Shown piece after piece: positions 1 to 9,761 of a stretch of 46,575 bases of DNA. Origin of the DNA: Methanobacteriota archaeon (GTDB lineage Archaea > Thermoplasmatota > Thermoplasmata > RBG-16-68-12). The stretch lies in contig VBMB01000137.1 in NCBI GenBank assembly GCA_005878525.1, forward strand, positions 1-46,575, in the 5' to 3' direction. Both the position numbers and the translations under genes were made by a program. Below the pieces are notes generated by a model. That model had not been told where the DNA came from. It ran no database searches and worked only from the letters and a program-made list of their open reading frames with translations. Position 1 is the first letter of the stretch; each line of letters begins with the position of its first letter.

Positions 1-1
1 G

Positions 2-103
2 CACATTGTCTTGAACATATTAGGCGAAGGATTCTCGACGCTTGCAACTGACGATATGCAGGAGTTGCTTGAGAGCCTGGCTCCTGAAAGAAGAGATGCA
101 TGA
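2..103 (+). CDS. Partial CDS (C-terminus of a gene entering from the left), unknown product
   Basis: Open frame from the window edge, HIVLNILGEGFSTLATDDMQELLESLAPERRDA*, converging on the next gene. Confidence 0.45.
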   Translation, partial: HIVLNILGEGFSTLATDDMQELLESLAPERRDA

Positions 104-124
104 GTAAACCAAAGAATCTATTCT

Positions 125-1135
125 CTAGCTTGCGTCCTTAACTCTTTTCAAAATGCGGAGGGCGGTGAGCGTAATCCACTTACTCGGCTTGCCGGCTTCT
201 TCTAATGCCAAGGGCTTGACTTTTTTCAGGTTGGGATCGTACCCTGTTCCCGCTCCTCGATCGGGATGCACTTTGTCAAGTAGCCAAGTTCCGTCACGCT
301 GTCGTTTGTCGTTGAGAATCTTAAGGGCGGGGCGGAGTCGCCGGTCGTCTGCATAGCCTAGCTTAGTGATAAAATCCAAACCAACAAGGATGTCGTAGTA
401 GTAATGAACAGGGTAGTGGAACCTGAACCAGGGACCGTACCTTTTTTCTCCATCGTCGAAGAGCTTTCTTCGGAGATAAAACTCGACTCCTCGCTCGATA
501 GAGTGCTTGATGCCTTTGGTCCTTTTCCCCTTTGGTAGCACAGCGTACGCAGCGAGAGCTTCCCAGCTGTCAAGGGTTCCCTTGTCACTCGGGAAGCAGT
601 TCCAGCCACCGTCTTCCTTCTGATCTTCGAGTAGCCGATCATACAGCTTCCTGACTCTGAAATCGTCAACGTAACCGAAGCGAGTTAGCATACGCGCTGT
701 GTTCCCGACGATGCATACTTCCTCATTGTAAATGTTAATCGGTGATCCGAGTCCAAGTTTGTACCTGAAGAAGAGATCGGCAATCTTTCCAATTCTTCGA
801 TCTTTTGAAGTGAGCCCGAGGTCTGAAAGAACGAGAGCTCGCCAATTGGTAGTGACATAACCCGGCCGAAAGAGAAAATTTAACCATCTGAGAAAATTCG
901 CTGGCCTCCGGAGAACATTCTCCTCCGTCGGACTTGCTGGTTCGTTTGGTTCCCAGTATCCACCTGGTTTTTGTAGCTCCAGAATATCTTTAGCCCAGCC
1001 TCTTCGAGGAATCTTCGAGTGCGCTTCTCTGACTTCTGGATCACTTTCTTTGCGACCCAACAGGTCGAGCAAAGTATAGTAGCGAACTGATGGTTGATCT
1101 TCCTCTAGTAGCCAGTCAACGAGATCTTGATTCAT
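125..1135 (-). CDS. Prenyltransferase/squalene-oxidase-repeat (alpha/alpha toroid) family protein
   Basis: QW-like repeats QKPGGYW, QKEDGGWNC, QRDGTW; family-typical WLLEEDQPSVRY start and PSKWITL end; ATG 1135 preferred over TTG 1168; lower GC than the core. Confidence 0.75.
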   Translation of the reverse strand: MNQDLVDWLLEEDQPSVRYYTLLDLLGRKESDPEVREAHSKIPRRGWAKDILELQKPGGYWEPNEPASPTEENVLRRPANFLRWLNFLFRPGYVTTNWRALVLSDLGLTSKDRRIGKIADLFFRYKLGLGSPINIYNEEVCIVGNTARMLTRFGYVDDFRVRKLYDRLLEDQKEDGGWNCFPSDKGTLDSWEALAAYAVLPKGKRTKGIKHSIERGVEFYLRRKLFDDGEKRYGPWFRFHYPVHYYYDILVGLDFITKLGYADDRRLRPALKILNDKRQRDGTWLLDKVHPDRGAGTGYDPNLKKVKPLALEEAGKPSKWITLTALRILKRVKDAS

Positions 1136-1553
1136 CAGATTGGAGTCTGAATTAACCAACTTGTCCAATGAATCCCGCCCATTCTAATTTTGAGCGAATT
1201 CATGCGTACGTACTACTTCTTTCTTTTTAGTCGGGTTCGATAGGCAGACCATCGACCTGCCTGGGCCGATCGTGCTGCCAACACGGTTGGCTCCGCCCTT
1301 TCCTTCCGATTCAGAAGCACTTTACGTTTGCTTGAGGGGCATACCGAAAGTGCAACTGATCAGGCCAAAAGGTGGCTCAGTTCGAGTCGCAGACGCGCTG
1401 TGGCGCGTTCTGGAACACTTTCACTTTGCGAGCCATACCCTCCAGTGATTCCCCGAATCGCTTGCACGGACTGCTTGTGCCCAGGTCGTTGATTTCGCGA
1501 GCCTCTCGATTTTGTCCAAAGTCTTACACATGTTGAATTCATCAAGGGTCTGG

Positions 1554-2162
1554 ATGGACATAGTCGCTGTCTTCCAGACGTGGCACATTGGAGACGGCAA
1601 CTACCCACCTTTGGAGAAAGAGCAGCTTGTAAACCTGTCGTTTGAGCTCGAAGAGATCGGGATCGCGGCTAGTGAGGGCAGACCAACAGAGGAATTCGTG
1701 CATACTGGAGGAGGACTCCACAGGTTTCGGGCAAGAGTTCTCCGGCAATACACGGGAGCTGTTGAAGACTCAGACACATCGCTCATCGTTCTGGAATCAT
1801 GCGGCTTTCGATTCTACGTCAGTCTCAATGGCCCGGCTCCAGACGATCTTCGGGGATGCTCCGTGGTTCAAGGCACGGGATACTTGGCCTTGGACAGCTA
1901 CGACTGGGTGCAATTCCTGGAGCGGTACGAAGACCCGCCAGACCTGTTCTACCAGCTGAGGGTGAGGCGCATCTGGAAGCCCCGGGACTATGCCTCCTCG
2001 TTTTGTCCGGAAAGTGCCGAGGAGATCGACACAATGGTGGGCCGAGCCTTCAGGAGCGAGCCGTACTACATCGTCGAGTTTACCAATGAGGGGGTTCCTC
2101 GAGACCCAACCCCGAGGACTTTTCTGGCGCCCTCGGTCAGAAAGGACGAGACCTTCGAATGA
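1554..2162 (+). CDS. Hypothetical protein (FQTWHIGDGNYPPL N-terminal motif)
   Basis: Protein-like composition, about 202 aa from ATG 1554; no recognised domain. Confidence 0.6.
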   Translation: MDIVAVFQTWHIGDGNYPPLEKEQLVNLSFELEEIGIAASEGRPTEEFVHTGGGLHRFRARVLRQYTGAVEDSDTSLIVLESCGFRFYVSLNGPAPDDLRGCSVVQGTGYLALDSYDWVQFLERYEDPPDLFYQLRVRRIWKPRDYASSFCPESAEEIDTMVGRAFRSEPYYIVEFTNEGVPRDPTPRTFLAPSVRKDETFE

Positions 2163-2301
2163 GGCAAATCACTCGATCGGGATCGCCCACGGGTTTTCGC
2201 CGATGCGGTCTGACGCTTGTCTCAGGCGGCTCGGGGGGAAAGGACGGGCTTCCGGTCACAGCCCATCCTAGTTAACGCAACAGAACCGTCTGGACAGTAC
2301 G

Positions 2302-2357
2302 TTTATATAACGCGGTTGCCATACGATTGTCAGACAAAATTACCCGAGACGTCGGAC
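2302..2357 (+). promoter_or_regulatory. TATA box (TTTATATAA) and GTCnGAC-like boxes upstream of the RHH-ftsZ operon
   Basis: TATA at 2302-2310; GCCATAC 2318, GTCAGAC 2329, GTCGGAC 2351. Confidence 0.55.
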
Positions 2358-2373
2358 GCGGACTAGGGTCCAT

Positions 2374-2691
2374 ATGGCATCGGAATCCGAGCGGGTTACG
2401 ATCCGAATTCCCCCGGACAAGATCAAGGCGCTTCATCAGCTCGTCAAGAGCGGCGACTTCACCACGATTTCCGACGCGATTCGCGCGGCGATCGATCGGT
2501 TCATCGACGTGAAGTTCGCGCCGGACTACATCCGCAAGCTCATGATCGAACTGCCGAAAGGGAACGTCGTGGACCTCCAGCAGCTCGTGAAGTCGGGCGA
2601 CTCTGTCTCCGTCGAGGACGCGGTCCGCAATGCGGTCCGCGAGTATGTCCGGCGTCGGCTCCACAAGGCCATAGAAGGGGCCGAGCGATAG
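2374..2691 (+). CDS. cdrS: CdrS-like ribbon-helix-helix regulator with two tandem RHH units
   Basis: ERVTIRIP..QLVKSGD..SDAIRAAI and KLMIELP..QLVKSGD..EDAVRNAV; directly upstream of ftsZ as in archaeal cdrS-ftsZ2. Confidence 0.8.
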   Translation: MASESERVTIRIPPDKIKALHQLVKSGDFTTISDAIRAAIDRFIDVKFAPDYIRKLMIELPKGNVVDLQQLVKSGDSVSVEDAVRNAVREYVRRRLHKAIEGAER

Positions 2692-2760
2692 GTCGATGTG
2701 GCGGGAACGCGCGACCCCTCAGGCGCGCGGGCAGAGTGGCCCTACGCGGGGCCGCTCGGG

Positions 2761-3858
2761 ATGGAATCAGGGATGGGCCTCGAGACCGCGCAGCGCACCG
2801 GGAACCAATCGTTCCTCGACTCGTTTGGCTCCGCCCGCCCGAAGGTCGTCGTGATCGGATGCGGCGGCGCGGGTGGGAACTCCGTTCATCGTCTGCATCG
2901 CATGGGAATCCACGGCGCCCGAACGGTCGTCGTAAACACGGACGCGGTGCATCTCGATTCGATCCAGGCGGATCGCAAGCTGCTGATCGGCAGGGGCGTG
3001 ACGCGCGGGATGGGGGCCGGCGGCCGGCCGGAGATCGGCGAACGGTGCGCTGAGATTTCGGAGCAAGAACTCCGGAACCAGATAGGCGACGCAGATCTCA
3101 CGTTCATTACGGTCGGATTGGGCGGGGGCACGGGGACCGGGGTCGCGCCCCATGTGGCGGAACTCGCCCAGGCCGCAGGCAGTGTCGTGATCAGTCTGGC
3201 CACCACGCCGTTCCGGGCGGAACGCGGCCGGATGGTGAACGCGTGGGCGGGCATCCAACGACTCCGGGACCGAACGGATTCGCTGATCCTCCTCGATAAC
3301 AACCGCTTGCTGGACCTCGTCCCGAATCTCCCGGTCGAACAAGCCTTCGCAGTCATGGACCATCTGATCGGCGAAGTCGTCAAAGGCATCACCGAGTCAA
3401 TCACGGTCCCCTCGCTGATCAATCTGGACTTCAGCGACGTGCGTACGATCCTCCAGTCGGGCGGCACCTCTACGGTTTTCTACGGAGAGAACGCGGATCG
3501 CGACCCGGACCGGCTCGTCCGAGACACCCTCGACAATCCACTCCTTGAGGTCGATTATCGTGGGGCGAACGGCGCCCTCATCCACATCAGCGCCGGCCCT
3601 GGTCTCCGACTCAGCACGGCTCATGACGTGGTCGAGGGCCTGACGGCCGCGATGCGCCCCGACGCGAACGTCATCTTCGGAGTCCGGGTGGACCGGAAGT
3701 ACAACGGGATCCTGCGCGTCCTCGTGATCATGACTGGCGTCCGTTCGCCGCTGGTGGAGGCCGTGCGCGAATCCGTCTCCATCGCCGATGTCGTCTCAGA
3801 CGGGAGCTCCCGGCGAACCGTTGAGAACGAGTTTCCCCGGACGAATCGAAGGCGCTGA
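2761..3858 (+). CDS. ftsZ: Cell division protein FtsZ (probably FtsZ2 type)
   Basis: GCGGAGGN, GGGTGTG signature, NLDFSD T7 loop; start uncertain (2698, 2761 or 2773). Confidence 0.95.
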   Translation: MESGMGLETAQRTGNQSFLDSFGSARPKVVVIGCGGAGGNSVHRLHRMGIHGARTVVVNTDAVHLDSIQADRKLLIGRGVTRGMGAGGRPEIGERCAEISEQELRNQIGDADLTFITVGLGGGTGTGVAPHVAELAQAAGSVVISLATTPFRAERGRMVNAWAGIQRLRDRTDSLILLDNNRLLDLVPNLPVEQAFAVMDHLIGEVVKGITESITVPSLINLDFSDVRTILQSGGTSTVFYGENADRDPDRLVRDTLDNPLLEVDYRGANGALIHISAGPGLRLSTAHDVVEGLTAAMRPDANVIFGVRVDRKYNGILRVLVIMTGVRSPLVEAVRESVSIADVVSDGSSRRTVENEFPRTNRRR

Positions 3859-3860
3859 TC

Positions 3861-4547
3861 TCAGCGGGCGGGGGGCGGCGGAAGCATGACCATGGACGGT
3901 GCGTCTTCCTCGATCGCCTGGGTCAGATGCTTTGGCTTCAGCCGGACCCGGATCGTCTCGGGTTTCGGCTTGATCATGTTCCATCCGGCCCGGGTCACGG
4001 CCCCGCCGACCATCGCGAGGACGACGTACATCCCGAACGTCAGGAACGTGATGGCGACCGGTTGAAGAATGCCGCTCAGATCGAAGCTGAGCTGGAGGCC
4101 CGCCGTTGGGTCCGCCAGGCTGTCGCCCGAACGAGGCTGCATCGGCACCGCTTGGACCTGCGCCAGGGCCCGGCTTTCCTTCCCGTTGCCGTCCCGAATG
4201 ATCAGGCTGACCTGGTAGACGCTCGCGTTCGCGTAGGTGTGGGGGCCTGGATTCCGGCCCGTGGCACGGGTCCCGTCGCCGAAGTTCCAGTCCCACGATG
4301 TGATCGCGACATCGCCTTGACGGGAGGTGTCTTGGACGGTCGTCGTGTTGGAGCCGTTCGTGTCCCACGTGAACGACGCGCTCGGCCCTTGGGGAGTCTG
4401 CTGCGGGAACTGTCCTCGAAAGAACTCTCCCGGAGCCGTCGCGATGGCCAGGGCGTGGGAGAAGGTGAACAGGAGGAGGCCCAATCCGAGGGCGAGGACG
4501 CCGATCCCGATGAGGAGCTCCGCGTGCTCCCGCTTGAGAAGGGCCAT
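3861..4547 (-). CDS. Membrane protein with an extracytoplasmic PKD domain
   Basis: N-terminal TM, WDWNFGDG..HTY..YQVSL PKD signature, second TM. Confidence 0.85.
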   Translation of the reverse strand: MALLKREHAELLIGIGVLALGLGLLLFTFSHALAIATAPGEFFRGQFPQQTPQGPSASFTWDTNGSNTTTVQDTSRQGDVAITSWDWNFGDGTRATGRNPGPHTYANASVYQVSLIIRDGNGKESRALAQVQAVPMQPRSGDSLADPTAGLQLSFDLSGILQPVAITFLTFGMYVVLAMVGGAVTRAGWNMIKPKPETIRVRLKPKHLTQAIEEDAPSMVMLPPPPAR

Positions 4548-4621
4548 TCGAGCGCTCGATGGAGGCGAGGTCCATAAAGGCGGGAGCCTCGGTTCTCAAG
4601 TCCGAGAAAGGAGAATACTCG

Positions 4622-6520
4622 TTACCCGCGAAAGATCGGACGGGCGCTCAGGAGCTCCGGCTCGGCCAGGCGCCGGAACGGGAGGCCTTTCGTCTCGGCG
4701 AGGATCCGCTTTCGCAAAGCGTCGGTCGACATCTCTATCTGCTCCTTCGTCTCCCGGACTCGGACGTTGAGGTTCCCGCTCTCGATTTCCTTCTTCCCGA
4801 CCACGACGATGTAGGGAACCCATTCCTTCTCCGCCGTCCGGATTTTCTTCCCGAGCGTGTCGTCCGAATCGTCGAGGTCGGCGCGGACGTCCGGCAGGCG
4901 GTCGAGCAGGCCTCGGGCGAACTCGAGTTGGTCGACGCTCACGGGGACGATCCGGATCTGGGTCGGCGACAACCAGACAGGCAGCATCGGCGTCTTGCCG
5001 TCTTTCGCGGCCGCGGCGGCCTTTTCCAGGAACGCGTAGAGGACCCGTTCGACGGCCCCGCTCGGGGAGAGATGCAGGATGAGCGGATGGCGTTTCTTCC
5101 CCGCTTCGTCGGTGAACGTGATTCCGAACCTTTCGGCGTTCTCCGTGTCGATCTGGTCCGTCGTGAGGGCCGCGGCCTTGTCGTTCGCGTCGACGAAGTT
5201 CCATTCGTACTTCATGACGAAGTAGAAGAACTGGTCGGACCACATCTCGACGAGGATCGGCTTGCCCCATCGCTTGGCGTACGCCGCGACGAAGTCCTTG
5301 TTGGCATCCCAGAACGCCTTCGTGACGCGCATCCCGACCTCGAAGTCGTCCGGCATGGAGAGACCGCAGTCCTCGAGGAGGTTCCACGCAACCTCGAACC
5401 GCACCATGAGCTCCTCCTTCGCCATTTCGACATCGGAGACGAGGGCGTGGCAGTCGGGCATCGTGAAGGCCCGCAGCCGTCGGAGGCCGACGACCTCGCC
5501 GCGCTGTTCCGCCCGGAACGAATACCGCGTGAGTTCGTAGAGCGAGAGGGGGAGCTGCTTGTACGAAATCACCATGTCCTTCATGATCAGGAACTGTCCG
5601 AAGCACGCGCTGAAGCGTAGGAACGTCCGCTTGTTCGGCGTCTGGACGATGTACTGCCGGGCGGGGAAGCGGTCCAGATACGACTTGAGCGCGGGGTGCT
5701 CGAAGTCGTACATGACGGGGCACTCGACCTCCATCGTGCCGTAGTCCCGGAGCCGTTCGGTGACGAACTCCTCCAGGAGGCCCTTGATCAAGCGACCTTT
5801 CGGATAGTACCGCAGGTTCCCGGGATCGGACCCCGGCTCGTAGTCGACGAGTTCGAGCTCTCGCATCAGCCGGACGTGCGGCGGCTCCTCCTTCGCCTCC
5901 CGCGACTTCGCCATCTCGTACGTCGCGAATCGCCGGAGCCGGTCGTGGCCCTCGAAATGGAAACCGCTCACCTTGCCGTCCTTGATCGAGAGGTGATGGA
6001 CGGCCCCGTTCGGCTCGAGGATGTGCCAGTGAGAGACGAGCTTCGCCTCCGCCTTCACCGCGGTGGAGAGGTCTTCCTTTCCTTCTGCGCTCGCGTCGGC
6101 AACGATCTCGCGGGAGAGTTCGCTGAGCGGGTGGCCCTTCACCGCTACGCGGAAGGACTTGTAGTATCCGAAGGGGGACGCGTGGACGTCAAAGCCGCGG
6201 CCGACCAGTTCCTTTTCCACGGAGGCGATCAGTTCCTGGGCGGCGCCCGGCGCGGCCAGGGATGAGCTCAGGTGGGCGTACGGATAGAGGACGATCCGTT
6301 TCGTCCGGACCTGGTCCGCGATTTCGACGATGTTCGCGGCCGCGGCTCTCACGACGCCAGCGAGATTCGCCTCGTCCCGTTTCTCCGCGCTGATGAAGCA
6401 GACGAGGGCCTCTTCGATCCGACCATGCCGTTTCGATTGCGGGACATCGGGGACTCCTTTGAGCGCCTTCTCCCTCACATCGTACTCCAGGTAATCCACG
6501 TGGAGGAACAGCACCCGCAT
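4622..6520 (-). CDS. thrS: Threonine--tRNA ligase, archaeal type with N-terminal editing domain
   Basis: LYPYAHLSSSL, PFGYYKSF, KGHPLSELSR editing domain; FSACFGQF, RLRAFTMPDCH, LHLSPSGAVER catalytic motifs; ATG 6520. Confidence 0.97.
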   Translation of the reverse strand: MRVLFLHVDYLEYDVREKALKGVPDVPQSKRHGRIEEALVCFISAEKRDEANLAGVVRAAAANIVEIADQVRTKRIVLYPYAHLSSSLAAPGAAQELIASVEKELVGRGFDVHASPFGYYKSFRVAVKGHPLSELSREIVADASAEGKEDLSTAVKAEAKLVSHWHILEPNGAVHHLSIKDGKVSGFHFEGHDRLRRFATYEMAKSREAKEEPPHVRLMRELELVDYEPGSDPGNLRYYPKGRLIKGLLEEFVTERLRDYGTMEVECPVMYDFEHPALKSYLDRFPARQYIVQTPNKRTFLRFSACFGQFLIMKDMVISYKQLPLSLYELTRYSFRAEQRGEVVGLRRLRAFTMPDCHALVSDVEMAKEELMVRFEVAWNLLEDCGLSMPDDFEVGMRVTKAFWDANKDFVAAYAKRWGKPILVEMWSDQFFYFVMKYEWNFVDANDKAAALTTDQIDTENAERFGITFTDEAGKKRHPLILHLSPSGAVERVLYAFLEKAAAAAKDGKTPMLPVWLSPTQIRIVPVSVDQLEFARGLLDRLPDVRADLDDSDDTLGKKIRTAEKEWVPYIVVVGKKEIESGNLNVRVRETKEQIEMSTDALRKRILAETKGLPFRRLAEPELLSARPIFRG

Positions 6521-6605
6521 GGCTGCCCGCTTATCGTTCGGAGGTATAAAGCTCCTGCCGGACGGCCGCGCACCGTGAAATAGGAATCCGCCGTTGTTCG
6601 TCCGA

Positions 6606-7457
6606 ATGACGGACGCCGCGACGGTCTGGCGCCATCGGACCGGCGAGATTCGGCTCGACCGAACGCGCGTGATGGGGATCCTCAACGTCACCCCCGATTC
6701 GTTCTCCGACGGTGGGCGCTACCTCGATCCGGAACAGGCCCTCCGTCATGGTCTCGAGATGGTGGAACACGGGGCCGATGTCATCGACGTGGGCGGTGAG
6801 TCGACTCGACCCGGATCGGATCCCGTGACTGCGGATGAGGAGTGGCGCCGGGTCGGTCCGGTAATCCGTGACCTGGCCGCCAAAGTCGATGTACCGCTTT
6901 CCGTCGACACGATGAAGCCCGAGGTGGCCGCGAAGGCAATCAAGGCCGGGGCTTCCATCGTGAACGATGTCTCCGGATTGCGGGAGTCCGCCATGGTGCA
7001 CATCGTCGCCAGGGACCGCGTCGGAGCCGTCGTCATGCACATGCTCGGCAATCCAAAGACGATGCAGACCCATCCCAAATACGCCGATGCCGTCGGGGAA
7101 GTTCGTTCCTTTTTAACGGAGCGGATTCATGTCCTAGAAGCCGCGGGTGTGGCCTCCGACGCGGTCGCGGTGGATCCCGGAGTCGGGTTTGGGAAGACCC
7201 AAGAACACAACCTCGCCCTCCTCCAGCACCTGGACCAAATTGTCGCCCTCGGCCATCCGGTCGTCGTCGGCGTCTCGAGGAAATCGTTCATCGAGAGACT
7301 GGGCGGAGGGGAACCCGGCGAACGCCTTCCCGGGAGTATCGCGGCGGCGACGCTCGCGGTGGCGAAAGGGGCCCACGTGGTCCGAGTCCATGATGTCCGC
7401 GACACCGTCCGGGCCATGCGGGTTGCCGACGCCGTGCTTCGCGGTGAAAAGCTTTAA
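6606..7457 (+). CDS. folP: Dihydropteroate synthase
   Basis: MGILNVTPDSFSDGG, DVGGESTRPG, DPGVGFGK, SRKS, VRVHDV. Confidence 0.96.
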   Translation: MTDAATVWRHRTGEIRLDRTRVMGILNVTPDSFSDGGRYLDPEQALRHGLEMVEHGADVIDVGGESTRPGSDPVTADEEWRRVGPVIRDLAAKVDVPLSVDTMKPEVAAKAIKAGASIVNDVSGLRESAMVHIVARDRVGAVVMHMLGNPKTMQTHPKYADAVGEVRSFLTERIHVLEAAGVASDAVAVDPGVGFGKTQEHNLALLQHLDQIVALGHPVVVGVSRKSFIERLGGGEPGERLPGSIAAATLAVAKGAHVVRVHDVRDTVRAMRVADAVLRGEKL

Positions 7458-7480
7458 CCATTGAAACGATTCGTACCGTA

Positions 7481-8436
7481 ATGGTAACTCGGAAGGCCAT
7501 CGCGTCGATCCTCGAGGACTACGAGGACATCGTGGTTGCGACGGTCTGTTCGCATTCATCTCTTCAGATTTTCCATGGCGCCCGCCAGGAAGGTTTCCGG
7601 ACCCTGGGAATCGCGATTGGTCAACGGCCTCGATTCTACGACGCCTTTCCTCTGGCCAGACCCGACGAGTTCCTGATTGTCGACTCATATGCCGACATTC
7701 TCGACCACGCGGACGACTTAGTCGCCCGGCAAGCCGTGACGGTCCCGCACGGATCGTTCGTGGAATACATGGGCGCGGAGGTGTTCGCGAAGCTGCGCAT
7801 CCCGACGTTCGGAAATCGCGAGGTCCTCCGATGGGAATCGGACCGCGAGAAGCAACGGGAATGGCTGACCTCGGCGGGCGTCCCGATGCCGCTGAAGATC
7901 GAGCACCCGAAGGACATCGACCGCCCCGTGTTCGTGAAGTATTACGGCGCCAAAGCCATTACTTCTACTCGCCGTTCGCGACGTCCGGTTACACGCTCTC
8001 GAAAGGAGCGCTCGAGATGCTCGGGGTGGACCGGCGGGACGAGGCGAACATCGACGAGATGTACAAGCTCGGGGCCCAGGAAGCGCTGCGCAAGATGGGA
8101 CTCCTCCCGACGTTCGTCGTGACGGGAAACATGCCGGTCGTCTTGCGGGAATCGCTCCTGCCGAAGGCATTTGAGATGGGGGAGCGGGCGGTGGAGCGAT
8201 CGATCGCGCTGTTCGGCGGGATGATCGGTCCGTTCTGTCTCGAGACGATCGTGTCGGACCAGCTCGAGTTCAAGGTCTTCGAGATTTCGACGCGGATTGT
8301 CGCCGGCACGAACCTGTTCATCGGCGGATCTCCGTACGCCGACTTGCAGGAGCCGGGGATGTCCACGGGCCGCCGGATCGCAAGGGAGATTCGGGTCGCC
8401 CAAAAACAGGGTCTCCTGGCGGACATCCTCAGTTGA
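7481..8436 (+). pseudogene. purP: PurP (FAICAR synthetase, ATP-grasp) disrupted by an internal deletion and frameshift
   Basis: CSHSSLQI and PHGSFVEY..GNR in the 7481 frame up to YYGAK (7954); HYFYSP..TGN.P..LRESLL..GPFCLE..FEIS.RIVAGTN continues in another frame from 7957; the GGRG loop and QEY segment are missing. Confidence 0.85.
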
Positions 8437-8523
8437 GGCACGCGCGGCCCGCTCGGCACGAAATCATCCGAGAAAAACGCGGGGAAACGCTTTTATGGCA
8501 TCGCCCAACATGCGCGTCCATCT

Positions 8524-9354
8524 ATGGCCGACGAGGTGATCGTCGCGGTTGTCTTGCTCCTTGTGGCCCTCGGCATCGCGACCTATCTCGAGACCCGGTT
8601 CCTTCGCAAGAAGATGAAGAACCGTCGCGTTCGGACGGCCAAGCGAGACGACGAGATGCAGGACAACGCGCACAACGCGATCATTACGACAAAGGCGATC
8701 ATGTCGAGCCTCGATCGGCAGGGGATCCGGAGCGCCGAGGCCGAGGCGTGGCTCCAAGAGGCGCAGACGGCGAACGCGCGGCACAACTACCGCGTGGCCA
8801 TGGATCTGACCTCGAAGGCGAAGGAGCGTCTGCTCGCCCTCAAGGCGGCGCAGGCTTCGAAGGGAGATCTGGCGAAGCTCGATCGGCTCTCCGTCGGCGC
8901 ATCCACGGATGAGATGACCACGAAGGAGATGCTCCAGAAGGAAATCCCGCCGAACATGATCCAGTCGAAGTTCTCGATCGAGGTGGCCGGGGCCGCGGTC
9001 GAGCAAGGTCGTGTCAATGGGCGCGACGTGTCCCAGGCGACGGAACTCTTGGAAGCCGCGAAGACCCGGTTCGATGCGAAAGACTTCGCCGCCGCCCTTT
9101 CGATCGCACAACAGTCGAAACGCGCGGCCGCGGGAGAGCATGTCGAGGTGTCGATGGCTGTCGTCGCGCCGGCGGCAACGTCACCGCGCGATGGCCGTCC
9201 TTGTCCCTCGTGCGGTGCTTCGCTGGCGGCGGACGACATGTTCTGTCGCAAGTGCGGCAGACGCCTCGCCACGGCGACGTGCGGTTCGTGCGGCGCGAGT
9301 CTTCTATCCGAAGACGCGTTCTGTCCGAAGTGTGGCACGCCCGTTCCTCGATGA
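8524..9354 (+). CDS. Membrane-anchored helical protein with C-terminal double zinc ribbon
   Basis: N-terminal TM, helical middle, CPSCG/CRKCG/CGSCG/CPKCG. Confidence 0.85.
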   Translation: MADEVIVAVVLLLVALGIATYLETRFLRKKMKNRRVRTAKRDDEMQDNAHNAIITTKAIMSSLDRQGIRSAEAEAWLQEAQTANARHNYRVAMDLTSKAKERLLALKAAQASKGDLAKLDRLSVGASTDEMTTKEMLQKEIPPNMIQSKFSIEVAGAAVEQGRVNGRDVSQATELLEAAKTRFDAKDFAAALSIAQQSKRAAAGEHVEVSMAVVAPAATSPRDGRPCPSCGASLAADDMFCRKCGRRLATATCGSCGASLLSEDAFCPKCGTPVPR

Positions 9355-9410
9355 GTTTGGTGCGTGTCGCGGATAAACCTTAATTACGAGGGCCTCCCAT
9401 CCCTCGCACT

Positions 9411-9731
9411 ATGGTGATTGGAAGCGACATGGAACAAGCCCTCACCGCCCTCTACGGGGAGGACCAGGTCGCGGCCGTCATCACCCTGAAAGTGGACACG
9501 AAGGAAGCGGACCGCATCGCGACAGAAATCGCGAAGTTCGAGGTGATCCAAGACGTCTTCCTCGTCACGGGGGACACGGACATCATCGCGAAGGCGCGGT
9601 TCAAGAACTATAAGGGGCTGAAGGACTTCGTCCTCTCGAACCTCGCCCCGATTCCGGGAATCAAGGACACGAAGACCCTGATGGTCGTCACGACCTACAA
9701 GGAAGGCGGACAGTCGAGGGCGCAAAGTTGA
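9411..9731 (+). CDS. Stand-alone Lrp/AsnC ligand-binding (RAM) domain protein
   Basis: VFLVTGDTDIIAK..IPGIKDTKT; no HTH. Confidence 0.88.
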   Translation: MVIGSDMEQALTALYGEDQVAAVITLKVDTKEADRIATEIAKFEVIQDVFLVTGDTDIIAKARFKNYKGLKDFVLSNLAPIPGIKDTKTLMVVTTYKEGGQSRAQS

Positions 9732-9761
9732 GGGCGACGCACAACTCCGGGAGATGGTCAG

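Noticed and set aside
1371-1390. GGTGGCTCAGTTCGAGTC, tRNA-like fragments
   Set aside because: No cloverleaf can be built; probably chance
7950-7960. Programmed frameshift in purP
   Set aside because: No slippery site, and rejoining the frames still lacks essential ATP-grasp residues
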